From Perna viridis (lineage: Eukaryota), in NCBI GenBank assembly GCA_037379345.1, contig CM074511.1, positions 61,200,862 to 61,264,861 on the forward strand: 64,000 bases of DNA. The letters are read 5' to 3'. The translations under genes and the position numbers were made by a program. Position 1 is the first letter of the stretch. Each line of letters begins with the position of its first letter. A model generated the notes under the pieces. That model was given only the letters and a program-made list of their open reading frames with translations, did no database searches and had not been told where the DNA came from. Positions 24,902-38,062 of the stretch are shown here, piece after piece.

Positions 24902-25382
24902 GGGGTTTAACGTCCGAGCAGCAATATTTCAACTATATTCAGACGATGAACATGAAATGATGATGAAATGAAAAATGGGACGGGACACAAGGACAATGGG
25001 GTCAAGAAATTTTGATTGCCACTGGAAATAGGGAGAGGTGGGTAGGGTCGGGCAATTTAGCCTCCTGTGGCGGAGCCCTATGGTTCCTACTCCGGGGGAA
25101 TACCACAGTAGTGTTTTTTTAACGTGCGAGGAACGTGGCATGTTTCCCAACAAGGTGCACCACTATGGTTTGCGGTCAGGTTTTCCGTATTATAGCCTGA
25201 CAACCCCAGCATGTAACACGCTAGGGGTGTCCCATTCCACCATCTGGGGCACACAACCCAGTTGCTCTGTGGGCAGAGCGCCCTAGCCCTGGCTAGGGTT
25301 CTGAACTCTAGTTAGTCGCCTTTTACGACAAGCTTAGCGCTGCTGCAGGCCTATTCTTTTGACACCCGGACCTGCACGGGTC
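24869..25382 (-). mobile_element. SINE with Meta-like and Deu/Nin-like conserved domains and (CAAT)n tail; no tRNA head visible
   Basis: Minus strand reads cccgtgcaggtccggg...agaatagg...cttgtcgtaaaaggcgactaa ... gcacgttaaa ... gaaatattgctgctcggacgttaaaccccaac(aatc)n. Candidate TSD cgaattaattga (24861-24872) / cgaattgattga (25383-25394). Second copy at 57611-58062. Confidence 0.88.
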
Positions 25383-25551
25383 CGAATTGATTGACGATGA
25401 GAAAATAATGATGTTAATAGTAAAAAAAACTGACGAAATACGTCTTGATTTGTAAAGTACAAGAGTGTGCGAGTATTGTTTTAAAAATACACTTTATAAG
25501 AGCATATTTACATTTTATATTGACACTGCATCAATATCATTGCATCCTGTA

Positions 25552-26808
25552 AGGGGACGACCATTAGATTCCTAGGGAGGTGGGGCCTGGCAGATTTTGA
25601 AAATAAATAATCTGTCTCTGATCATTTTGGAATTTGGCAATATTAAATACATGTACATGTACATAAATGACTTTACGGCATGGGATAGGGTAATGTGTAG
25701 TAGTCCATGGGCTGGGAGGGTCCACCATGCACCTCCACTCATCAACTTCGTGGTGATTTTTAGGTACCTTTATACCTCCCATACCTCCCATTACCGAATC
25801 AAATTGTCGCGAAAGAATATTCACGGATTCTTTTTCTGTATAAGCCTATATTTGTACCCCAGTGGGTCAAAAAGCCAAGATTTTTTTGACTCAATTATTT
25901 GAGTGTCTAAGTCTTCCTGTGACGCTTGTAAGAACAAACTAAACAAATATAGGCATCATCATCATGTAGCCCAATGTCTCAGGTTTACAATGGTACGAAG
26001 AAATTTGCGGTAATACTTAGGATTTTGGGGTTAAATAAAAAAAAAATGTACCCATACCCCACCGCAAAATCACTCAAGTTGACATATTTTTCCATGTCAA
26101 AACCCCTAGAGTATTCATGCTTTATTAAAAAATGGCTAATTTGGTATTTTCTATTTAGTATTATCACAATTAATACTTCTGGCGATTTTTGTAGTCAGAA
26201 TTTATCAAAAAATGCAATAAAAAGGATTTTAGATTTTTCCGTAAAAAGTCATATAAGTTCGACTCTACAAGTTATTGCTCAACTAAAACATCACAAATTT
26301 GGTGTCATCCGATAGATAATTTGATTTTGTACATATAAAAACCTACATGATGATAAATATATATAAGTTTATTTCATTTTGTTGAAAGAAGAAGTTCGAA
26401 GAATAAAAAAAGTAACATGGATTTTTGCCTCAACGAGATATAAAAAGTAACCAAAAAATACAAATATGCTTCGGTCTATTTTTTTGGCGACAAAAAGATT
26501 CATTAATGAGAGGTGTAATGGCACCTGAAAATCATATTTAGGTTGATGAGTGGGGGTGCATGGGAGGTTATTTCAGTCCACGTACTACAGTTGAGTATTG
26601 CAATTGTAGAATTAATTCATATACATAGATATGCGAATCTGTCCCCTGTTACAGGTCAATGAATGCCACCTGTCGGATATAGTGGAGACACTGCCTCGTA
26701 TTATAGAGGATGAACTTCATTTAATAATTTCTTAAATAATAAACATAAATAGTAACACATGCTTTGATATAGAACCCTAACCACATTAAGAATCTAATGG
26801 TCGTCCCT
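25552..26808. mobile_element. Non-autonomous TIR DNA transposon (outer element), TA flanks
   Basis: TA|agg(g)gacgaccattagattc at the left end and gaatctaatggtcgtccct|TA at the right end. Confidence 0.8.
25695..26590. mobile_element. Second non-autonomous DNA transposon with long imperfect TIRs, nested in the outer element
   Basis: ccatgcacctccactcatcaac...gatttttaggtacc...cctcccattaccgaatc..ttgtcgcgaaa (25725-25815) is the inverted match of tttggcgacaaaagattcattaatgagagg...ggcacctgaaaatc...gttgatgagtgggggtgcatgg (26483-26563). Confidence 0.75.
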
Positions 26809-29800
26809 TAATTTAAAAAAAATATAAGACATTTATCCAATAAATATCTTCAAACAAAATATGTTCATAATAATAACTGGTTTGGCCCTGATATGTCGTC
26901 GATTCTCCACGGACATCAACCTCCAAAATCGTACATCAAAATATGACTGTTGTATTTCAATACCGTTTTTAAATATTAGTAAAAGGATTCGATCTTATTT
27001 GAAGCGAAAATATAATCAAATTCTAGAAAAAAAAAAAACAACAGATAAATCGATTGTCGTTTCCATGTTTCACCAATATTAAACAGAATGCTGGAGGTGT
27101 ACCTAGGTACGAATACTAGATAATGTATGAAAGTACAAATACGGCACGAGTTATCTTACTTAGATCGGAAATTAATGTTTAACCGTTGCTTATAACAATT
27201 GCTTTTTATTTTTCTGTGCAAGATCAAAACAATATTCTGATGATATCCTTTTTACAATAAACAGATTTATAAGTTGTATTTAGAAATTTTGCATACTTTT
27301 TTTTAAGAATGTATGATTTACTTTTAACCAAAACAAGGTTTATATGCGTTTCTGACTTGTCACTTCTGGACTATTTTTTAAGCTTCATTAGGTTGTATGA
27401 TAGAAATCATGTGTTAATAATGACAAGCAGAACAAATAACTGAAAGCCTTAGACCACATGAAGAACCAAATATCACGACTTTTGTTATGTTTGTCTAGAA
27501 CTATACTTTTACAAGCTTCATTGTTTATAATATAGTCGTATTGTTGTTCCATCAACAGATAACAAGTCCTGTTAAACTACAAGAAAGGCCATCAGTAAGT
27601 TCTCACAAAAGACACATTTGTATGCGTTAAATGACACTTGCACACCTTTTTGTTTGAAAATCAATATGGTATTATTGATCAATATGGTATTATGGATTAT
27701 TATTGGGGTTAAGTCATCCATCACTCTTGTCGTGTAATCTGACCACCCAATACCATCCATATTTATTACCCCCCCCTATTTTCTTATGTACGGTACATTT
27801 CGTTAATAGTTGTCATCAACATTACATTACAACAACGTAGAAAGAAGTTCGCATCCTAAAATCATGCAGTGGTGACTAATTGATCATCCTGTACTTTCTA
27901 AGTATTGACATTTATTTAGCCAAACGTTTCAAATCTCTACTGCTGCCAAAAATAAATGTTTGGTACTACAATTTTCTGTTAAGGGACAAAACTCTTATGT
28001 CTATAACAACTTGCACACAAAATGGCTCCAAACCAAAGAATCATTTCCCGGTTCAATATTATCTGAACTTGTATCAATAATGAAGTATATAACCAGTTTT
28101 CGAATAAATAGACACTAAATAATGTTAAAGGGTCACGCGTTTTTTAATTATTTTTTAACAATTAGTACTTTAAGTACGACATGCGCGAGTTTTTATATTT
28201 TTGTCATAGAAATTAAGGCTCGGTGTGATTATTACTGATCGTTTAAAATATTATTCGGCTCAACTGTATATATCACTGTATATTTCGCAGTATATATCAC
28301 TGTATATATCGCTGAAAAAAATGATTTTCTGAAGGACCAAATTTGAAAGCTCTCAAACATGAAAATCTGCCCCCTGATAATACAATGGTTGTTGCCATGC
28401 TAGATCCTAATGAGCCAATAACCACGCTTTTACTTGGATGATTTCTTATGAATGCCACCACACGAGAATAACCATATTTAAAAAAGTATTGTTTCGAACG
28501 ATTTTGTTTTGATGATTTTTTATGTTTATTGTTTGAAAGGTTTATTTTTCACTGGGACAAAATTCTATAACTTTATTCTGCTTTAGTGATTTTGGCTACG
28601 CTGGTTACAGCTGTTTATTCTTATTTACAATGGCGTCGATAATTGCTTAGAACAATGTTAAGCAATGTCGACAGTCCTGAAAATAAACTGATCATCATGA
28701 ATTTCCATTAGATATTTGATTAAATTCAAACTATTTCAGTCGTGTAAATAGACAAATATACTACTAGATAAAGATACAAGTTCACGATGAGAAAAAAAAC
28801 ATCTGACAATATGACATTTACGTTAACCAGTATATTTTTCTTTCTTTAGCTTGATATAGTTCAATGTTTCGATGTTTATTAAAAGAAAACTCAGGCGCAA
28901 TTAAGCGCAACAAGACCGCAACATACAGAAAACATAATACATAACAATTTTACAATGTACATAAATACCAAGATAACATAATTCATTTATATATTTTGTT
29001 GACCTTATTAGAACCGTTTGATGGTTGGCAATTTACGGTCCATTTTAAAAATACCTTAGGGTTATTGCAGGGCAATAATTGTTCGGTTCGATTGAGAGTA
29101 ATTTTTATATCTTTCATTGAAGGACAGCGTGTACTCTCATTAAGCCAAAGTTTAACATCAGACATAATAATTATACAAAGGTTACGACTCACTCCTCTTC
29201 TTGGCAATTAAAATATATATTATTGTAACACATCAGATATTTCAACATACGTTTGTCTCTATCTGCCCTATTAGGAACCGGTACTTTTGCAATATTTCTT
29301 TTATGAAATGTGTTCGTAATTACTTTTAATTCTGAGTATTTAACAAATTGGTATTTTGTATGAATTTTATTGTTTGAATCATTGTTTCTTTGTCATTACC
29401 ATTCATTTTATAGCTTTATTAATTCAGCACAATATGATCTGACCAATTGAGGCCTATTTCAAAAGTTTCCATTTTCCATGAATCCTAGGCAAAAGTTGGT
29501 AATTACCACGAACAAGTGTCAACAGATATATATATTAACTAGTGTCAACAGATATATTTTGTGTGTTTTCGTCTTTTGTGCATTGCTGGATAAGGTCCTG
29601 CATTCGGTACCTATAATTTAGGATCTTACATGTTGAGATGAGTACACTGAATAATCTTGCATAAAGAAAAATTCACATTCCCTTTTCCTCACACGAACTG
29701 TACTTTTTTAAATTTTATTAAAGGGTTTCCTTAAATAATGAACTGAACAACTGACATTGTGTTTGCCTAAAAACTTCAAAAAGTTAGATAACAATATAAC

Positions 29801-29974
29801 GGTACGTAACATTTGTTTTGGTCAAAAGTAAATATAACGAACAGATAGCGTTAGTTTAAATACATTATTCAGTTAACTTTATTTGTATTTCTTACAACTA
29901 AATTAATCTAAAGAATAAAATAGAACCAATAAAAACGTGTGGCCTTTAAAATTATGGTCTGTAGTAACTATGGA

Positions 29975-30075
29975 GAACATAGGTCTGATTATCGTTCGTC
30001 AGTCCTGTAGTTGGTCTTTCCAGCGAACATAGGTCTAATTATCGTTTGTCAGTCCTGTAGTTGGTCTTTCCAGCG
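29975..30075. repeat. 50-bp tandem duplication
   Basis: gaacataggtct(g/a)attatcgtt(c/t)gtcagtcctgtagttggtctttccagc x2. Confidence 0.9.
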
Positions 30076-32556
30076 TCCGAACATATAGAGTCCAGACGAT
30101 TCTAGAAATGGAGTTTTCATGATTTTGTCCATTTGAATCCTTTTTTTATCAGACGTTATTCCTTTTTCAAAGATCATAGCTTTAATACATAATACCGAAA
30201 CACAAGGCGTAATAAAAATGTGTACGGAAAGAGCAAACGTGTTTCTTTCCCGTGTTACAAGTTTTAGATAACTAGTTTACATCCACAATTGAAACTATGA
30301 GAAAAGTTTCTCCTATATTTACCTGTATCTGAACCAATTAATATACAAAACAGCTTAAGAAGGCATCGCATAAAATGAAAATATGACATACCTATATATA
30401 AACTACTACAGTTTATAACATTTATTTTGAGTGCCTTATAGTCCTTAGATCAACACCTTAAAATGGAACTGAGGCAATTCATAACGATTTTGGAACTCAC
30501 TAGGGCTGTTGACAGTTTTCGGGGTTCTTTTTATGCGTTATCCAATGTGTATCGAGTACCACAATAGCATTTCATAAAGTCAGAGGTCCTAAATGTATAT
30601 TAGGCATTGACAATTGCCACGTGCATTCAGTTTTTAACTGTCTTATCACATTAACTATTTATGGGTTGATGCTAACTGGTAATTAGTAATGTTCAGTCAA
30701 GAATAAATTTCACTTTTAACGAAAATATCCATAAAATGATTCATCAATTTACATGTAAGAGGCAAAAAAGTTCATTTTACCTCAAACGACAAGACAATAA
30801 AGTTTGAAACATGCAACGTTTCTTCTTATTCAATCATTATGTTGCACATTGCATAGCAATTGATGCATTAGATTGAAAACAGTTTTGTTAACAGAGGATG
30901 AATAGACGGAGAAATGCATTATCACTCTAAATAGTAATGACCTACTTAAACTTTCTGTATAACTTTCAAATGAAATCAGTTTATTGCTGTATACTTGTGT
31001 TGCTATTGTGTTTCTACATAATATAGTTGCTTAAAAATTAGCACAAACAAATATCAGGACATTAGCTTAATTGATAAAGATTTTAAATAGTACTTAACAC
31101 ACCTCACCTTTTCTACAAATTAAATAGATCGAAACACGGAAAATTAAAATATTTTATCGAAATACAGTTTGATTTAAATGGTTTCATTTGGTTATTGTAA
31201 TCATGTTGTAATGCAATTGTGTTTTGTTATTGAAAAGCAATGAGGAGGTCTTTGTAAAGGGGGTATATCATATATGATAGTGAACTGTCGATGTGGCTTT
31301 ACCAAGAGTGGGTTTTAACGTGATCTTATCTGAAAATTTTTTGGCTAGCAATTTTTATATTTTGTATACATTTTGTATACATGCAGTCGCAAAATTTGAA
31401 CAGTGTAATTGTAATTGGATTTCAAAATAATGATAAATTCCCATATAAGCACAGAATTATATCATTATTAGCGCAATGATCAATGGTATTTTGAATTGCA
31501 ATCAACTAAAACATGTTTCTGATGATATCACAAACCTTGATTCCCATGGAATTTATTCGATCATTTTAACATATGAATAAGTCATCATTGTTGGGGTATA
31601 GATATTTATATGGTTAATAAAAACTTGGTCAATAATCTCACGGGGACTGTACTTCGATATATTAGAGTCCCATGATTTTAAATATACTGATATTTCCTTT
31701 CTGCTGATAAGCATCGGTTCAAATAGGACTGGTCGTGTGGTATAACTGTTATCACAGACACATGGGAGCAGGGATAATGACCCTTTTGATACGAACAACA
31801 TCCGATTTATTGCAAGTGTACTCTATGACAACTGACCTCAATGGAAATGTTCTTCTTTTTAATTTCTAAAATAATCCTCTCCTATATAAGTGAATGGATA
31901 CAAGTCTTTTGTATAGCTTTCGAACACAATGTAGTGATGATTTGACGAAGAATGTTCATCAAATGATTTAAAAAGCGATTAACATATATCGAATATACAA
32001 ACATTAATTCTGAATGCAAATACAAAAAAGTCATTCTGTGCCAGTTTTCGTCATGAAGTTATCTTTTTGAAACCAATATTTGTTAACGTATTTAAAGAAC
32101 AAAATTGATTATTTTCATGAGTATTTGAATCAAAGAAATTAAGTTGCTATCCATATCAGTATAGATTCGAAGTTTTAAACGTCTACTTTTATCGATCTGA
32201 TATTAACCTATTGAAAGAATTATTTGGACACTTCGATACGAAACTCTGGTTAAGAGTTAACGTTTTAACGTTGTGCGCTGTTAGGTAAACGTATGCGTTG
32301 GTCTCGGCTGATTGAGCGAGAATTCTTTAGTGGTTTAAATTCATTCAGATGCAAATTCTAAGTTTTTAGATAGAATTGTACAAATATTTCGAATTTGGAG
32401 CAGGTAAAAGGACATATAAATGATGATACCGACGTTTCCAGAAAAGTGCAAGTGATATATTTTTTTCGAAATGTGTAAAACGGGATTATGAACTGAGAAT
32501 TTATAAAGTGATATTTTCTTTCGACTGGAATAGATTTAGATACTTAAAGTGAAACC

Positions 32557-32577
32557 ATGCCGAGGAAAGGACGACGG
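32557..32577 (+). CDS. Exon 1 of a putative 72-aa microprotein (MPRKGRR)
   Basis: aaccATG context; CGG|gtgagt consensus donor, phase 0. Confidence 0.6.
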
Positions 32578-35500
32578 GTGAGTAGAAACATGTAGTTTGT
32601 TTTTAAATGTCTTTCTGATATTTAATCTATGTTAAATAATAAAATATAACAAGATTGTGTTTCAAAATTTGCATGTTAAATACAAAAGATTTCTTAAGCA
32701 TAGCCAGACCTTATGAAAACTACCCGATAAGTTCGTGTAACATTACAATTAATACGTTTAATTTGAATATCAAATAGGTGAATTACTAAATATTCGATGT
32801 AACTTTAATTATAAATCATACAAACACACTTCAGATGTCAAAATTAAAAAAAAAATGAAAAAATCTTACTAAGATAAGAGTTTTTTAGATTCAGATTTGT
32901 CTACTAAGTGTTGATATTCATGAACTTGTTTGACGTTAAGATTTTTATATGGGGATCTATTCTCTCAAAAGTCTTTACTTTTTACAACATAGACGTGTAC
33001 TTTTCTATATTCCCATTTTGTTTAATACCAATGGGCAATTCAGATTTGTAGTATGAATTTCTATTGTAGTGTACCTTTAATACCAATTCATGAAGGCAGA
33101 TATTTGTAAGGGTTGAAAGGATCAAGTTAAACTGTCTATCATCCCATGGAGCTTACTTTACATTGTCTATAGATACAGCTTTGTTGATATTACTACTTTC
33201 ATTTAACCATTATCAGCTTACAAATTCTATATAATGGTTTCAAATCAAACTCCTGAACATAAATGAAGTTCAGTATAGAAGTCATCTGATAAGTAACCTA
33301 GTGGTTTTTATTTGTCATAATACTTGTCATTAGCTTTAGAACACTTTTATAATCATGAACAACTAAGAGCTGTTATATCGCAATCAACTCGTCGTCAAGC
33401 AGGCTTGTATGGAGTTTGGATAAGCCAGCGTTTCAATATCGTTCACTTTACATAGAATTACTTTCGCCTATCTTCAGGTCTATTGATAACTCAACTGTGT
33501 ATATACATTTGACAAAATTTATCTAACGGAACCATTCATATACTCTGTTTGGATTTTATCAATAATCATTCATCTGGGTAAAGTCGTAATAATACTAGAT
33601 TCATGGGGGTTAAAGGTCCAGCGCGGGTAATTATTAAATTGCAGCATACCATGATATGTTCTTCATATATATCTCATAATCTTCTATCTTAGTTACGACC
33701 GTATCTTTCAACCGTATCTAATTCGTTAACACGTATTATAAAAAAAAAGCAAAATGGCTATAGGTCTAATGATTTTATATGAAATAAAACTTGTACATAT
33801 GCAAGTTCTACCACAGTTTACTGATATAAGCACTAAATCCATGTATACGGGACTTCCAGGTACGCCGAATAAAATGTTCTTGAATTATTTACATTTGAAA
33901 AGACTGCAGAAAATGTTCTTCATAATAATCAAAGGTTTTTTTTTGTGATATATTATTAATCCTACACAAGTTTGCTTAGCAGTTTATACACTTCATTTAG
34001 TCTTTGCTAATAAATTCAAAGGGTTGAATGTAACTTTTATTGTATGTTAGATATGGGAAATTTGATTTATAACAATATCATTAAACGAAATTGACATATT
34101 GTCGATTTCCCACTTAAAAGTATTGGTCCATATATTTGAAATTTACATTGACAAACACGTAAATTTCAATTTTACGATCGACAATCCTTTGAAACCCACT
34201 AAGGGTATGCTACGCTAATCAATAGCACCAACCCATTTTTGTATAACCCATAACGTTTTTTTTTTATTTGATATTCATTTGCACACCGATAACTTGATTA
34301 ATTCTTGAGTGTTATTTTGAAGTTTGGAAAAGTGATGTCGACACAACATGACTGACCATTGGCTCCCTAGATACAGTGACAACAACTGTATCAAACAAAA
34401 TTGATCATGGTGATATATTTTTAGTATTGTTTGTTTTATTAAGTTTAAGTGTTTCTAATATATTGGATCATCATTTCTTTCTTATGTCACTTTCTAAAGA
34501 AATTTAGGCGAAACCACATTATATCATTGGGTTAAATACAGTTACTTGTTTCACTTCATTTGTAAGCACTTTCTTTGTTAATAATACTGAACAGTATTAA
34601 TTACGGTGTAATAGGAGGAACCACAGTGGGAATGCTACTCAAAACTTTATTTAGTGAATGGACAATAACAACACGATAAACCGAAGAACCAAATGAAAAC
34701 CTAGCAAACAAAACACCAAGAAGAAAATGACCAAAACATACTTCACAAAAAACTAGGTGCTTTAACCTGGTCCTTCGAGAAGGGAGAACATCATCCTTTT
34801 TTTTCCAGAAACACCACCTGCATTTACTTTAGGATTTACTCCCGAAATCTGTATGTTTTCGGGAGAAGGTAGCTATAACGGCAGAAGAATGTCTAACCGG
34901 AACAAAATATGGAAACACTATATCTTTTTCCTCCCAAATCGATGATTGTTTCAGAGTAAAATAAAATGTACTCGATACAGAACTTGATATAGCAATTACC
35001 ATATACAATGTCCATCACCCATACAGATTGAATTCACTAATGAACTCAATTGTTCATAAATTGTTTAATTTAAAAACGAAACTCGATCGAAAAACTTTAT
35101 TAAAATATACCTCGTAAAATTAAACACCGTTCATCGGAAAAATGCGTTGAGTAACTAAATGTAACAGGAAACTCTTTTGTTGTTTTTAATGTGTCGAGCG
35201 TTTGTATCATACGTTTGATCAACATTTGTATTTATTTGTATTTAAATATATGGAGAATGTTTAACAACAGCTTTGAATGTTTGCCTTGTAACCCGTTTGT
35301 AAAATTCCATATTTCATACGCTTTTTGTAAATTTTCAACTTACCTCTCATTAATATAAAGAAGATTGCAATTGAATATTCTGAAGATTGATTCTTTATGA
35401 GTTCAGACCTAGTAGAATTTCTGGTTACAATGTTCATTGCATTGCAAATATCATAGAACTGTATCTATGTGTTTGTTTTGCATAATTTCTTGAGATTCAC

Positions 35501-36234
35501 TGTTGTCATCATTACTGACTATTGCTACAACCGTATTCGGAAGTATATTTTTCTAGAAAATAATAGTATAAGTATAAAAAATATACACGAGGTCAATGAA
35601 ATTTGACTGATCGTTGGTTAGTAATTTGACTTCAGATCTTAGTTACTGGTCATGTATTGTGTATTACGTTAGTTCATATGGTAAGGCATGGTTTCAAACC
35701 TTTTTTTAGTAATAATCATCTCTTTAGATTATATAGCTTGCTCAACTAAATAAGTTTATTGGGCTATGGTACATACTAAACTCCGGTAGCATTTAGTACA
35801 GTCATTAAGTGATCACCAGAAAATACTTTCTTATATGAAGGGTTGTCCCCTACCTCGAATTATACATGTTTAAGCTAAGACGGGTGAAACCCGCCTTAAT
35901 CACAATTTAGTATTGGTCAATAAAACTTAATAAAAGTGCGTCTTTTTCATTAGTCACTTAACTAAAATAATTAAATGAAATAGAAATTAAACTTTTGACA
36001 GCTGTCACAAAACTATTGTACACGGCAACTTGGATATTTCATTAGATAAATCCGATAAGATCATTTTATGGGATCTTGGATATTTTTTTTACTTAAGGGT
36101 ACATTTTTTATGATTAAAGTTTGCGTTTTACGACATACTAAACAAATGTATTTTGGGAGATCAGAGTAGGAACCAATAGGATCGGGCTTTATAAAGTATG
36201 AAACGGAGTACAATAAGTGACATCCTTCCTTTAG

Positions 36235-36323
36235 CGGGGTTCCATTCATGGTCTTGACATATCTAGAACGTTGCTAGATACTAATACTCGTCTAGTTCCA
36301 TACATCATCTTCAACAAGGAACG
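36235..36323 (+). CDS. Exon 2 of the putative 72-aa microprotein (RGSIHGLDISRTLLDTNTRLVPYIIFNKE-R)
   Basis: ccttcctttAG acceptor, open in phase 0, CG|gtacct donor (weak, phase 2). The frame also stays open to TAA 36438 if the donor is skipped. Confidence 0.5.
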
Positions 36324-37831
36324 GTACCTATTCAAATCAATGACTGAAATCTTCAAAATCGCTATTCGTCAAATATTCTCTGTCACTGATTTAGCTTACT
36401 TTCAGCATCATAAATGGGACGAATACGATATGCTCTAATATCGGGTGACTTCCGCTAAAATCTTGGTTATATTAATATGGTTGCGTACTCTTTCGTAACC
36501 GAGATGACCCGAATGTTTTCAATTACACGGAACCAAATTAAACAACTGGCAATGGCTATATATAGGGTAAACTGGGTAATATTACATAAATTCAATGCTA
36601 ACTGATCATTTCATTTTTTAATGTAAACTTCCCGCTCTCAGACAAGCATAGACATGTGTATATTTTTTTAAAAGAGGTACGTTGTAGCGATTTTGGGTCA
36701 CTTATGATATTGACCAGGGAACCAGATTAAACACCTGGCGATGGATATTCATAGATATAGGGGCCGAGCTAATGTATATGACCTGTATAGTCTTGTAACG
36801 AGCCCCTGTGTCTGAATCGGAAACTGAGTAATGTTCAATTTTAACCGATCATTTCATGTAATTTAAACTTCCCGTTCTCATACAAACAAGAAAGACTTGT
36901 AGAACACATGCGTATGATATTTAAGAGGTACATTTTTATCTCGTATGAAGCTAGAACTATGACACTATGGCGGTTAACACGGCACAGATCTGCAGCATGT
37001 GAAGTATAAATATCAATAAAAATCATATGCGCATATAAAGTACTGAAATTACGAGATTGCAAGAAGTCACTAACAATACTAGCGACTTAAAAATGTCCCT
37101 GTTATGCATTTCTATGTATAGACAAGGGTAACACCACTAACAGCCACGGGTTGATATATATAGACTGCTTTCTTTGTTTGACAATGCATTATGCATTCCC
37201 TGCCAATGTTAGATAGTTGTATCATAGATTTATGTTCTTGCTCGTGAATTTAGCTTTCCTTCATCGAATCCTGGATTTGGTTTAGTCATATGCTTTTTAT
37301 GTGGCTATATATGCCATAACCTTCATAGAAACATAAACGTTTATTATCACCCCTGGTTTTCCTTATTTTCAAATGTTTCTATGGTACACAGCCATTTCGT
37401 ATAATCATAACACACCTGTCATGTGATTGACGCTTACGCTTATACAATTTGATACAATAAAACAATGGAACGTTTAACAAATGTGTGCTTATCGTATTCA
37501 AATATAATTAATCATGGCTACCACTAGCAAACCGAACTGGGTGGCGATAAGATAGTTTAGTTGGCACCCAAGTTACAAGTAAATATTTCGTATATAATTG
37601 GAATGCGAATGGGAATTTAGGATCAACTAATGTCTGATGTTGTATATGGTCAAAGAAGTAGTAACATAGCAAACGTTTTTTTTTAATTTATACAATTTCA
37701 AATCACTATTCTGACGGTGTAAATTTTACATAACATTTGTTTGTGCCGGCGGAAAACACACGATACCCACTTTTGTCTCGGTGAATACATGGCTAATTTT
37801 TTTTTATATGAATGCCATTTCACCATGATTG

Positions 37832-38062
37832 AATATTAATTATGTCATATTACTGTGGGTGAATATGTTTCATTTTACCGTGGGTGAATATAATGTCATT
37901 TTACTATGGGTGAATATTATTTCATTTTACTATAGGTGAATATTACGCCATTTTACAATGGGTGAATATTATGTCATCTTACTATTGGTGAAAAAATTGT
38001 CATTAACTATCATGGGTGAATATTATGTCATTTTACTGTAGGTGAATATTTTGTTATTTTGC
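37832..38062. repeat. Minisatellite, ~26-bp unit, ~8-9 copies
   Basis: ggtgaatattatgtcattttactatg repeated with substitutions. Confidence 0.9.

Noticed and set aside
24929-25286. GC-rich ORFs on both strands (also 57649-57909)
   Set aside because: They fall entirely inside SINE copies and the frames are not consistently preserved between copies.
25310-25382. Canonical pistol, HDV or hammerhead ribozyme call
   Set aside because: Lacks the pistol P2 stem and GU cleavage junction, the HDV nested P1/P3/L3 pattern and the CUGANGA/GAAA core; kept only as an unclassified structure.
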